Assembly: GCA_938075675.1 (NCBI GenBank) | Contig: CALJHE010000022.1 | Coordinates: forward strand, 8,135 to 72,134 | DNA from: Candidatus Poseidoniaceae archaeon | GTDB taxonomy: Archaea > Thermoplasmatota > Poseidoniia > Poseidoniales > Poseidoniaceae | Reading direction: 5' to 3' | Length of the DNA stretch: 64,000 nucleotides | Shown here: positions 43,954 to 53,601 of the stretch, piece after piece | Position numbering within the stretch: the first letter of the stretch is position 1 | Layout of the letters: every line of letters starts with the position of its first letter | Program-made: the position numbers and the translations under genes | The notes under the pieces: generated by a model | Told to the model about the DNA's origin: nothing | The model's database searches: none | What the model saw: the letters and a program-made list of their open reading frames with translations, nothing else

Positions 43954-46900
43954 TCACTCGTTTGCCATTTCACCTTCATATGTTTGTGTAAGGAAAGTTA
44001 CAAACCCGAGCAGAACAGCAGATGCGACCAGTATAGCCAGTAGGACTTCCACTGCAGCCCCTTGAATGATGACGACTGAAGCAACAATCCATGCAAGTAC
44101 CAAATCGAGGGCACCGATGATACGCCAGGATTTGCGTAGAGTGAGAATACCTGAAACCCAAGAGACGGTCGAGGACGCCAAAAGGAGGAGTACGGGGATA
44201 AGGAGATTCCCGTATCCAAAACTCGAACCAATCAGCAAGATATGCATAGCCCAAAGTCCAGCTGGCAGCCACAATCCGAGGCGTTTCTCTACCACCCATG
44301 CCACGAAAACGATGGTGATGAAACCTTGTACGGTTGTAAGAATGGAAAGCGAGGGCATGGGAACAAGTTCTGAAAGCCATGCACTTGTGGCAAGATAGGC
44401 CATTGGCACCAACAGCCAAGCAGTGAGTACGGCTGCGGGCTGCGCCCACCAAACACCACGCCGTGCCCCGACAACAAGTGCAACAAAGGCAGCGGGACCA
44501 AAAGAAATCATTGTGATAAAGAGAATCCAGGCTGAACGCCCTCCAGCCCCTCGGTGATCGTCCATGCCGTGTTGAATGCGTTTACCTTCAACCCAATCGA
44601 AGCCGAAAACGCCTGCAATTAACAATGCCTCAATCATCAAGAACGGTACCGTCCATGTCACCAGCGAGTAATCAGAAAAGAATGGATCAAGGTTGAACGG
44701 TATCGGTACTTCTCCACCAACAACAACACACAGCGCCCGATCCAGTGCTGCAAGATAAACGACGCCTTCAAGGGCATTCGGGATTCGATAACCGAGGTCG
44801 TTTCGGCCGAGAAGACCGAGCCCTGCAAGGGTAACCAGTCCGCCGAAGAAAACAATCAAATGAGTCGCATCCTCAAGTTCTACAACTGAATTTGAGGCTC
44901 GGCCAGCGACATGGACCAGTACCAGGCCGAGCATTGCAAGAGAGATTGGGGCTTCAATGCCCATGATATCCGGTAGCCGCAAACCGATTTGGTTCGCACG
45001 GAGGCGGGAGAGTCCGACAAAGAGCACGGAAATCAGAACGCTGAACAGAAGTGCAAGAAGCGTGGCTCCAGTGGTGAACGAAAGATAAGTGGTGGCGAGA
45101 ATAGTGGTTGCTAAAAAGAGCAGAACAATCGTTGGTTGGTGATGAATATCGCCGACATAAAGGTCCATTTTTCCAGTTGAACCGGCTCTTTTTTGACGCT
45201 TCCTTTGCTTTTCTGCTAGATTCAATAATTCAGAATCGATGAGGCGTAGATTGCTCTTCGGCGTCGCAGCCGTTTCGCCGTCATCGTATTGTTTGCCAAG
45301 TTCAACAACATCCGTATCTTCCATCCCTGCTGATTCAAGGAATGCTTGAATCCTATCCTGCTTTTCTTGAAGGCGTTGGACTCTGTTTTCTTTCTTGGCA
45401 AGCGCTCGAATCCCTGAACGGAACTCGCCTTGAATGGCCAAGTACGCTCCAGACAGCACGAAAGCGACGAGTGAAGTCAATACAACGGATTCAACTGCAA
45501 TCGATTGTCCGGCAAGAGCCATTGAAATGATGAGTCCAATTGCAGTAACTGCAGGTGGAAGGAGTTTTTCCAAGGTTGCAGCACGTACCAAATAGAGCAC
45601 CAAAGAAACCAGACCAACAAGCATCAAAACCAGAAGGTTCATCTCTTGGTCAAACAGATATTCGGAACCTGTTAATGGAACCGTGTTCAGCGGATTCAAC
45701 GCAATCATGATGAAAAAGACGGTGAGGAATCCCATCATCATCGTGAGAAGTTTACCGGGCAAGGCCTCCATATTCTCCAAATCAAATTCGGTTGCTCCGC
45801 GCTCTCGGCTTCTTTCAGAAGCCTTGAGCAGGATTGCGGAGGACGATACCAAAGATAGCGCCCAAAGGGACGATTGCCCATAATTCCATGAAAACAAAAG
45901 AGCAAAAATCCCCCAAACGCCCATCAAGGACTGGGGTTTACCGCGATGTCGTTCAAAATATACCATCAACGAATGCCCGATGAGAAGACCTCCAAGCACA
46001 CCAAGAAGGCCGTAAATCGGCAGGGCGCCTGGCCGAGTAACTGCCCACGTTACAACCAGAGTGAGAAGGAAACTTAGATTCCATAACTTCGCAAAACCAG
46101 AGTCACGCAGTCGGGCTCCAATTTCTGAAAATCCAACGAGCCTTGATGCCAAATTAAGCCCGACTTCCCCGTGGCGAATATTCACCCATATTTGCTGCAC
46201 AACCAGCACGCTCATCCAAAGAAACAAGTCGAATTCATCGATGACAATCGGGAGAAGCTCCACGGAAATAAGACGTGAGTCGACATCTGTGGCAAAGAAC
46301 AGCAGCCAAACCCACGGTCCAATGACCGCTGTTCCAGCAATTGAAGGAGATGAACGAACAACGGCTAATCCGGACAAGCCCAGCCAAATGAAGGCTTGAG
46401 TGACCATAAGGGTGCGGGCTCCGTTGTCCAATTCACCTGCAGGTATCAGAAGTGTTAGAAGTCCAACGACTGCCAAACCACCCAGCCAAATGACGTGGTC
46501 GGAGACGGCGGTTTGGTTTCGAAGGAGGGTCAGTGCCGTAAACAACGAGGTAAGTACAGCATAGACGCTGTACCCATCGAGTCCGAGGGGGAGAGATGAT
46601 GGAAGTACGCCGGAACTGTATATTGCAAGTCCGACCAAAAGGAACGGCATTGGTACAATCAAAAAAGGTGCAATGTCCTTGAAATGAACGCCACGTACGA
46701 CGAGATACGAACCAGAAAAGGCACTAATTAACAGCATCAGTTGAGCGAGCGCATATCCTGTTTCCAAACGATGGGCAGCAATTGCCAACAACGCCCCGAT
46801 CATGCCGAGGCCAACGGAGACTGCCCACAGTGAAGGGTTGCCGAGACCCATGCCCTCGAATGCCTTTGAGAACCAGTTTTCTGCACGTACGAACCGGGCA

Positions 46901-47949
46901 GCAATTGTGGCGTTTGTTGCCGTGACAAAAGCCATGAGCAGGAACAGCAGTAAATCGTCGTCAAAAGAAACGAGTTCCAGACCAAACAATTCCCAATTGT
47001 TCGAAAGAGCGTGGACACCGACCCAGAGGTACGAAGAAGCGATTCCGAGACTCGCCAGATTCCCTGAACCGCGATATACTGCTAAGCCGTGCATCAAGAG
47101 CGTACCTAATGCAATCATGCCGGCGATTCCAACTTCCCCATACAAAGCTCCTGCCGCACTGCCAACCAAGAGAAGAATCAGGGTTGCCTGTGCCGCAATT
47201 GCGTCTTCATCGTGACGCTGAGCAATGAATACGTTCATCGAAACTACGCCGATGAGGCTGATACCAAGCGTCTCACTTGCTCCAAGAGGAGATGCATCAA
47301 ACCACCCCCAATGCCATGCATCGAGAGCAAGCCCATAGAATAATTTCATCGAAATGATAACCCAGGTTACGCCAAGAAGTCTCATGTTTGGATTCGGAAT
47401 CCATCGTTCTCCAAGGTACAACCCCAAAATGCCCATGAAAAGCAGACCTGCTCCACTGAGAAGTTCTGGTAAAACGGTTCCAACCAATGCTCCAATGGCT
47501 GACCAAATGAAGACCATTGCCACCAATAGGCCGAGGCTTAGGCGTTTTTCGCCGTGCACAGCCAAATCGGTTACGCTGTCCATCTCCGGCGGCTTCTCAA
47601 CGGTTCCATCGCTCTGAACTGCTCCGGCTACGGTCGACTCTTCATCTCCGGAAGTGAACAAAGGTGAAATCTCGCCAACTGCAATGTCCTCAACACCAGA
47701 ATCGGTTGCGATTGGCTGAGGAGTTCTCTCGTCCTCCATATCGACCATGAACGAATTGATGTCAACTCCTTTCGCACGCTGGAAGGCGCGTTTGCGGACC
47801 ATCTCATCGCGAGATGAGGTGGGGGGCGGCGTAGAACGGCGCCCCTTCGACTCATCTGTCATAACTTGCTCTTCCAAGAAGTCCCCTTCAATGCTTTCGC
47901 CGGATGCTGGTTTCGGCAGGGTTTTCCCGAGGTGTTGAAAAAACACCAC
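43954..47949 (-). CDS. giant (1331 aa) polytopic integral membrane protein (~35-40 predicted TM helices)
   Basis: N-terminal ~120-aa hydrophilic region, then near-continuous Gly/Ala/Leu-rich TM helices, two short hydrophilic coiled segments (RLQEKQDRIQAF; KQRKRQKRAGSTGK). Confidence 0.6.
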   Translation of the reverse strand: MVFFQHLGKTLPKPASGESIEGDFLEEQVMTDESKGRRSTPPPTSSRDEMVRKRAFQRAKGVDINSFMVDMEDERTPQPIATDSGVEDIAVGEISPLFTSGDEESTVAGAVQSDGTVEKPPEMDSVTDLAVHGEKRLSLGLLVAMVFIWSAIGALVGTVLPELLSGAGLLFMGILGLYLGERWIPNPNMRLLGVTWVIISMKLFYGLALDAWHWGWFDASPLGASETLGISLIGVVSMNVFIAQRHDEDAIAAQATLILLLVGSAAGALYGEVGIAGMIALGTLLMHGLAVYRGSGNLASLGIASSYLWVGVHALSNNWELFGLELVSFDDDLLLFLLMAFVTATNATIAARFVRAENWFSKAFEGMGLGNPSLWAVSVGLGMIGALLAIAAHRLETGYALAQLMLLISAFSGSYLVVRGVHFKDIAPFLIVPMPFLLVGLAIYSSGVLPSSLPLGLDGYSVYAVLTSLFTALTLLRNQTAVSDHVIWLGGLAVVGLLTLLIPAGELDNGARTLMVTQAFIWLGLSGLAVVRSSPSIAGTAVIGPWVWLLFFATDVDSRLISVELLPIVIDEFDLFLWMSVLVVQQIWVNIRHGEVGLNLASRLVGFSEIGARLRDSGFAKLWNLSFLLTLVVTWAVTRPGALPIYGLLGVLGGLLIGHSLMVYFERHRGKPQSLMGVWGIFALLFSWNYGQSSLWALSLVSSSAILLKASERSRERGATEFDLENMEALPGKLLTMMMGFLTVFFIMIALNPLNTVPLTGSEYLFDQEMNLLVLMLVGLVSLVLYLVRAATLEKLLPPAVTAIGLIISMALAGQSIAVESVVLTSLVAFVLSGAYLAIQGEFRSGIRALAKKENRVQRLQEKQDRIQAFLESAGMEDTDVVELGKQYDDGETAATPKSNLRLIDSELLNLAEKQRKRQKRAGSTGKMDLYVGDIHHQPTIVLLFLATTILATTYLSFTTGATLLALLFSVLISVLFVGLSRLRANQIGLRLPDIMGIEAPISLAMLGLVLVHVAGRASNSVVELEDATHLIVFFGGLVTLAGLGLLGRNDLGYRIPNALEGVVYLAALDRALCVVVGGEVPIPFNLDPFFSDYSLVTWTVPFLMIEALLIAGVFGFDWVEGKRIQHGMDDHRGAGGRSAWILFITMISFGPAAFVALVVGARRGVWWAQPAAVLTAWLLVPMAYLATSAWLSELVPMPSLSILTTVQGFITIVFVAWVVEKRLGLWLPAGLWAMHILLIGSSFGYGNLLIPVLLLLASSTVSWVSGILTLRKSWRIIGALDLVLAWIVASVVIIQGAAVEVLLAILVASAVLLGFVTFLTQTYEGEMANE

Positions 47950-48055
47950 AGAAATCTCTAATGTGCCGCCATACCTCGATTTTTACAAAGGAAACCCGGT
48001 TCAAAAGAAATGTTACAGCCAAAAGGGACAAAGAGGGCCCGCGGAAGGGGGTGGC

Positions 48056-49657
48056 ATGGCGGCCACCCATGGGACTCCGACCGGAGACCTAAACGCGCAC
48101 GGAATTACTCCCTCAGGAGATGTCTACTGGAATCAAGATGCTGCAACTCTCATCGAGTTGGCCGTCAGTCGGAAAGAAGGTGTTTTCAGTGCCCATCGGG
48201 CTCTTGTCACCGAGACTGGAGAGCGTACTGGCCGTTCTCCAAACGACAAGTACATCGTTGACGAAGCAACAACTACTGAAGACATCAACTGGGGCGATGT
48301 CAATGTATCAACTGATCTTGCAACCTTCACGAAAATGAGAGCGAAGGTCGTTGAATACCTCTCCGCACAAGACACACTGTTTGTCCAAGACCTATACTGT
48401 GGCGCTGATTTCAGTGAAGCCCTTCCAATCCGCGTCATCAACCAGAATGCATGGCACAACGCCTTCGCACGAAACATGTTCATTCGACCTGATGCTGAAC
48501 GGCTTGCCTCTCATTCCCCTGAGTTCACAGTAATGCACGCTCCGCACTTTGAAGCAGATGCTGAACACGATGGTCTCAACTCCCAATGTTTTGTTATTGT
48601 AAATTACCAAGCGAAAGAAGTCATCATTGGTGGAACTCGCTACGCTGGTGAAATCAAAAAATCGATTTTCTCAGTCATGAATCTTATCCTCCCAAAGAAA
48701 GGCATTCTGCCAATGCACTGCTCAGCAAACACCACTGGCGAGAACACTGCTATCTTTTTCGGACTTTCTGGAACAGGTAAAACAACACTTTCAGCAGATC
48801 CAAACCGAGCACTCATCGGCGATGATGAACACGGCTGGGGCGCAAACGGTGTCTTCAACTTCGAAGGCGGATGCTATGCGAAACTCATTGACCTGTCTGA
48901 AGAAGACGAACCCGAGATTTTTGGAACAACCCGAAAATTCGGAACCGTTCTCGAAAACATCGTCATGGATGATTCTGGAATTCCTGACTTCTCTGATGTC
49001 ACAAAAACCCAAAACACCCGTGGGTCATACCCAATTGAGTTCATTGAAAACAGAACGCTTGATTCAAAGGGAGGACATCCGCAAAATGTCATTTTCCTAA
49101 CTTGTGACGCCTTCGGAGTTCTACCACCAATCTCTCGACTCACGCCTGCTCAAGCAGCCTACCACTTTATTTCCGGATACACCGCTAAAGTTGCGGGAAC
49201 TGAGATCGGAGTCAAAGAACCCCAAGCAACGTTCTCGGCCTGCTTTGGTGAACCGTTTATGCCAATGCACCCCGGCGTTTATGCAGACCTTCTTTCCAAC
49301 AAGATGGCTGAACACGGCGCAAAAGCATGGCTCATCAACACCGGTTGGTCCGGTGGAGCGTACGGCGTAGGAAGCCGAATGAAGATTCGTTACACACGCG
49401 CTATGTTGAATGCGGCAATGGACGGAGATTTGGACAATGTGGAATTCGTAGTTGACCCACGGTTTGGATTCGAAGTTCCTGTTGAATGCCCGAATGTTCC
49501 GGAAAATGTTCTGCAACCTCGCAACACGTGGGCCGATGCTGAACAATACGATGCAACCGCTGACAAACTCGCTGCAATGTTCAATGAAAACTTCGCACGA
49601 TACGAGGCGGGCGTTTCCTCCGAAGTGAACGCTGCAGCTCCCCATTCGATGGCTTGA
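48056..49657 (+). CDS. pckA: phosphoenolpyruvate carboxykinase (ATP)
   Basis: near full-length similarity to PckA incl. kinase-1a GLSGTGKTTLS, RTGRSPNDKYIV, GGTRYAGEIKKS. Confidence 0.85.
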   Translation: MAATHGTPTGDLNAHGITPSGDVYWNQDAATLIELAVSRKEGVFSAHRALVTETGERTGRSPNDKYIVDEATTTEDINWGDVNVSTDLATFTKMRAKVVEYLSAQDTLFVQDLYCGADFSEALPIRVINQNAWHNAFARNMFIRPDAERLASHSPEFTVMHAPHFEADAEHDGLNSQCFVIVNYQAKEVIIGGTRYAGEIKKSIFSVMNLILPKKGILPMHCSANTTGENTAIFFGLSGTGKTTLSADPNRALIGDDEHGWGANGVFNFEGGCYAKLIDLSEEDEPEIFGTTRKFGTVLENIVMDDSGIPDFSDVTKTQNTRGSYPIEFIENRTLDSKGGHPQNVIFLTCDAFGVLPPISRLTPAQAAYHFISGYTAKVAGTEIGVKEPQATFSACFGEPFMPMHPGVYADLLSNKMAEHGAKAWLINTGWSGGAYGVGSRMKIRYTRAMLNAAMDGDLDNVEFVVDPRFGFEVPVECPNVPENVLQPRNTWADAEQYDATADKLAAMFNENFARYEAGVSSEVNAAAPHSMA

Positions 49658-49731
49658 AGCACTTAGCATCGCTTTGGAACACCTGTTTCAAACAAACTCG
49701 AATCTATAAGTGTTGAGCGTTAGTTCATTCT

Positions 49732-49998
49732 ATGTCTGACTTAACGCCAGTGATTCAAGATTCAGCAGTTGCTGGCGATTTGCATGTAGGGGATGTACAC
49801 AATACTACACAAACCACCCATGTCGACCAATCAACAAATGTTCAACTGCCGAACCTCGATGTTGCATTTGGTGAAAAAATTATTGTAATTCTCAAAACCG
49901 TGTTTGGCTTTGTAGGAGGAATCATTGGGGCATCGTTGCTGTTCACAACAATCATCGCTTTTGGAATTGGGTTTCTGATCTACAACGGTAAACTTTGA
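49732..49998 (+). CDS. small membrane protein (C-terminal TM hairpin) in AT-rich islet
   Basis: 88 aa; hydrophilic His/Thr-rich N-terminus, C-terminal FGFVGGIIGASLLFTTIIAFGIGFLIY. Confidence 0.3.
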   Translation: MSDLTPVIQDSAVAGDLHVGDVHNTTQTTHVDQSTNVQLPNLDVAFGEKIIVILKTVFGFVGGIIGASLLFTTIIAFGIGFLIYNGKL

Positions 49999-50151
49999 TT
50001 GTTCGACCATGATCACTATTGCCCAACTCAAGAAGGCAAAGGGTAGCGAAAAAACAGACCCACTGAAAGCCCTTCCAACGACTTCTTCCTGTTGGATGGG
50101 ATTTAGGATAGCCCCTTCCAACACATCCGAATTGGTTTGTTGCTTGTTCGC

Positions 50152-50469
50152 TCACTTTTTGTTTAGTTCGAACAAACTCGCACATTTTGAACAATAATCC
50201 ATGCTCATTTTTGCTTGCTCAATAACATCCTTTCTTGTGTCTGCACCAGGACTCTTATTCCCATGATTGCACATTGCAAAGTATTTCCAATGTTCATACC
50301 CTGAGGTATTTCCGTCAAAATCCTCAACTACGTAGCAGCCAACTTGGAAGCCTCCAATTGACCTGCGCTTTTTGATTGAAAAACAACCCCAGTTTATCGC
50401 ACCGTCTGCTTTTGTCGCCCTGTAAGTATCATCAGAGTGTCCTGCGCCTGTGGTCATGGTTAACCTCAA
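50152..50469 (-). CDS. small Cys/His-containing hypothetical protein in AT-rich islet
   Basis: 105 aa; C..H/C...CxxC arrangement (MCNHGN ... DYCSKCAS); local GC ~38%. Confidence 0.3.
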   Translation of the reverse strand: MRLTMTTGAGHSDDTYRATKADGAINWGCFSIKKRRSIGGFQVGCYVVEDFDGNTSGYEHWKYFAMCNHGNKSPGADTRKDVIEQAKMSMDYCSKCASLFELNKK

Positions 50470-50553
50470 TGTGTAGTAATATTTGACTAAACTGGAACAT
50501 ATGCCCCATTCAACACCCTTCCGTTTGTTTTTGGAGGATGGGTAACGACTGCT

Positions 50554-53226
50554 TCAAAGTTCAGTGATGTCTTCACGTTCTGTCGAAATACCGAATTCTT
50601 TCTCGGCTTTCTCATAGGTACTGGCTTCAATTGAACCATCTCTCACGAGAGATGAGAGTGCTGCAAGAGCAACCGCTGCTCCATCAATTTCGAAGAATCG
50701 ACGGAGCGCTTCACGGGTATCCGAGCGACCAAAGCCATCGGTTCCTAGGACGGTGTAGTGTCCACCAACCCACTGACGAATCATATCAGGCACTGCCGCC
50801 ATATTATCGCTCACCGCAATGACCGGGACTGTACCGCTTCCAAGGATTTGTTCAACCCAAGGCTGCTTTGCAGTCAGCGTTGGATGCAAGCGATTCCATC
50901 GATCGCATTCCAAACCTTCTCGGCGCATTTCTCCATACGAAGTTGCAGAATAGATTTCTGAACGAACACCGTAGGCTTCGAGCTTCTCTACCGCATCCAA
51001 AACTTGGATCATAATCGGCCCTGAACCAATCAGTCGAACAATCGGGCCGTCGCCCTTGGGGGCTGGGCGCAGTAGGTACATGCCACGAATGATACCGGCA
51101 TCGACGCCTTTTGGTTTCGGTGGCATGGGGTAATTTTCGTTGTAAACGGCAATGTAGTGGATGACATCTTTGTCTTGGCCGTACATCTCATCAATTCCGT
51201 GTCGGATGATGGTTGCTAATTCGTAAGCGAATGCTGGGTCCCATGCTCGGACTGCTGGATTGGTATGCGCCATCAAAAGCGAGTGCCCGTCTTGGTGCTG
51301 CAAACCTTCTCCGTTGAGTGTGGTTCGTCCTGAAGTTGCTCCCATGAGGAAACCACGAGCACGCTGGTCTGCTGCCGACCAGATGAGGTCAGCAACACGC
51401 TGGAATCCGAACATCGAATAGAACGTGTAGAACGGAACGGTCGGATAGTGGTGAGTGGAAAAGGAGGTCGCTGCAGCTATGAACGTCGAAGTTGCACCGG
51501 CTTCATTGATTCCTTCTTCCAACAGTTGACCTTTTGCAGATTCCTTGTATTTCATCAGCACCTTATGGTCGACCGGCTTGTACAACTGCCCTTCAGGGTG
51601 GTAAATTCCAAACTCGGCGAACAGGGGGTCCATTCCGAACGTTCGTGCTTCATCAGGGATGATTGGAACGATACGTTCTCCAAACTCTTTGTTCTTCATG
51701 AGAGCACGAAGAATTCGAACGAATGCCATGGTGGTTGAAACTTGCATGTTTCCTTTTGTGCCTTCATCAAAGTCAGCATAAGTTGCTTCATCCGGTAGGG
51801 TAAGGTCGAACTTAGGAACGGTTCGAGATGGCATGAAACCATCCATTGCAGCACGTCGCTCCTTGGCATAGGCCACCAATTCGGGGACGTCTTCTGGCAT
51901 GACGTACGGGTATTTTTCCAAATCTTCATCGGAGAAATCAAGTCCAAGGTCATCGCGCATGTATTGCATGCTTTCCATGTCTGCTTTCTTCTTCTGATGG
52001 GTCGTGTTTCGGCCAGCAAAGGCTGGGCCGAGTCCGAATCCCTTGATGGTACGTATCAAGACAACGGTTGGCTGGCCTTTGTGGGCGGTAGCCTGAGCGT
52101 ATGCAGCGTGAAGTTTGACGAAGTCGTGTCCGCCGACATCTGCGCACAAGTCGACCAGTTCGTCATCGCTCAAATGAGCAACGAGGGCTTGTAAGCCATC
52201 GGAATTGAACAAATCTTTGCGGATGGTTGCTCCATCTGCTGTCATGATTCGTTGCTCATCCCCATCAACCAATTCATCAAGTCGAGCAGCGAGTAGACCG
52301 GCTGAATCTCTAGAAAACAAATCATCCCAACTGCTGCCCCAGAGGACTTTGATAACGTTCCATCCAGCGCCACGGAATCTACCTTCAAGTTCTTGAACAA
52401 TCTTTGAGTTTCCACGCACAGGCCCGTCGAGTCGTTGTAGGTTACAATTCATCGTCATGACGATGTTGTCAAGTCCTTCTCGTCCTGCGAGAGATAACTG
52501 TGAAAGGGATTCAGGCTCGTCGGATTCTCCATCTCCCATAGTGTACCAAACACGAGAGTTTGCGGTTGAGACCAGACCTCGGTCTTCGAGGTAACGATTG
52601 AATCGAGCTTGGTGTATTGCAGTCATCGCTCCTAGCCCCATGCTTACCGAAGGGAATTCCCAGAAATCAGGCATCAAACGTGGGTGTGGATACGATGAGA
52701 GTCCTTTGCCACCGGTTTCTTGCCGGAACGCTTCCATTTGTTCGAGAGTTAAGCGGCCTTCCAGCCATGCACGAGCATAGATTCCTGGTGAAGCATGACC
52801 TTGCCAGTAAAGATGATCGCCTTGTCCGGCTCCATCTTTGCCTCGGAAAAAGTGGTTGAAACCGATTTCCCAGGCGTGAGACGCTGAGGCATAGGTCGAG
52901 ATGTGTCCACCAATGCCCTCGAAGTATTTGTTTCCACGAGTGACGATCATCATTGCGTTCCAACGGATGATGCCGTTAAGGCGTAATTCAAGGTCAAGGT
53001 CACCAGGATAGGCGCCTTGAGCATCGGGATGAATCGAATTAAGGTAAGGTGTGTTGACCACGTCGATTCCGACACCAGCGTGCCGTGCAGCATCGACGGT
53101 AGAGAGTAAAATTCGGCGAGCTTCCTCGTCACCGAGTTGGTCACGAACAGCAAGAATAGAATCAATCCACTCCTGCGTAGCGACAGGGTCTGGGTCAGGT
53201 AAAGTTCCTTGAACACCGAAGCGCAT
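50554..53226 (-). CDS. aceE: pyruvate dehydrogenase E1 component, homodimeric (AceE) type
   Basis: near full-length collinear similarity to bacterial AceE (GDGESDEPES, NCNLQRLDGPVRGNSKI, LNGEGLQHQDGHS); start trimmed to Met 53226 from 945-aa ORF. Confidence 0.85.
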   Translation of the reverse strand: MRFGVQGTLPDPDPVATQEWIDSILAVRDQLGDEEARRILLSTVDAARHAGVGIDVVNTPYLNSIHPDAQGAYPGDLDLELRLNGIIRWNAMMIVTRGNKYFEGIGGHISTYASASHAWEIGFNHFFRGKDGAGQGDHLYWQGHASPGIYARAWLEGRLTLEQMEAFRQETGGKGLSSYPHPRLMPDFWEFPSVSMGLGAMTAIHQARFNRYLEDRGLVSTANSRVWYTMGDGESDEPESLSQLSLAGREGLDNIVMTMNCNLQRLDGPVRGNSKIVQELEGRFRGAGWNVIKVLWGSSWDDLFSRDSAGLLAARLDELVDGDEQRIMTADGATIRKDLFNSDGLQALVAHLSDDELVDLCADVGGHDFVKLHAAYAQATAHKGQPTVVLIRTIKGFGLGPAFAGRNTTHQKKKADMESMQYMRDDLGLDFSDEDLEKYPYVMPEDVPELVAYAKERRAAMDGFMPSRTVPKFDLTLPDEATYADFDEGTKGNMQVSTTMAFVRILRALMKNKEFGERIVPIIPDEARTFGMDPLFAEFGIYHPEGQLYKPVDHKVLMKYKESAKGQLLEEGINEAGATSTFIAAATSFSTHHYPTVPFYTFYSMFGFQRVADLIWSAADQRARGFLMGATSGRTTLNGEGLQHQDGHSLLMAHTNPAVRAWDPAFAYELATIIRHGIDEMYGQDKDVIHYIAVYNENYPMPPKPKGVDAGIIRGMYLLRPAPKGDGPIVRLIGSGPIMIQVLDAVEKLEAYGVRSEIYSATSYGEMRREGLECDRWNRLHPTLTAKQPWVEQILGSGTVPVIAVSDNMAAVPDMIRQWVGGHYTVLGTDGFGRSDTREALRRFFEIDGAAVALAALSSLVRDGSIEASTYEKAEKEFGISTEREDITEL

Positions 53227-53419
53227 GTTTCTCCTCCTTGGGCTTGCCTCCAACCGTGGGGTTTTCAACCCTCGCTTGAAATTGAGACGCTCAACTCTCT
53301 CATTCGCCGCAGATTTGCGTTTGATTTTACTGAACGGCGCTCTATGCATCGTTTTTTGTTGGCCCATTTCATACTTTTCCGGAGCAATCAATAAAAGCCG
53401 ATTTCACTGCGGGCAAGAT

Positions 53420-53599
53420 ATGTCCGTCGAGGCTATGGTTCAAACGATGATTGATGATTTAACTGCCGCTCTTGCTGATGCTGTCAAGCACGACAAGGGT
53501 AACGCTGCTGCTGGTACCCGTGTGCGCAAGGCTATGCAAGAAGCAAAGTCCGCTGCTCAAGCAGTGCGCACCCAAGTCCAAGCAGACAAGAACGCTTGA
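53420..53599 (+). CDS. small Lys/Ala-rich helical protein
   Basis: 59 aa, AVKHDKGNAAAGTRVRKAMQEAKSAAQAVRTQVQADK; divergent from aceE. Confidence 0.3.
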   Translation: MSVEAMVQTMIDDLTAALADAVKHDKGNAAAGTRVRKAMQEAKSAAQAVRTQVQADKNA

Positions 53600-53601
53600 G
53601 G

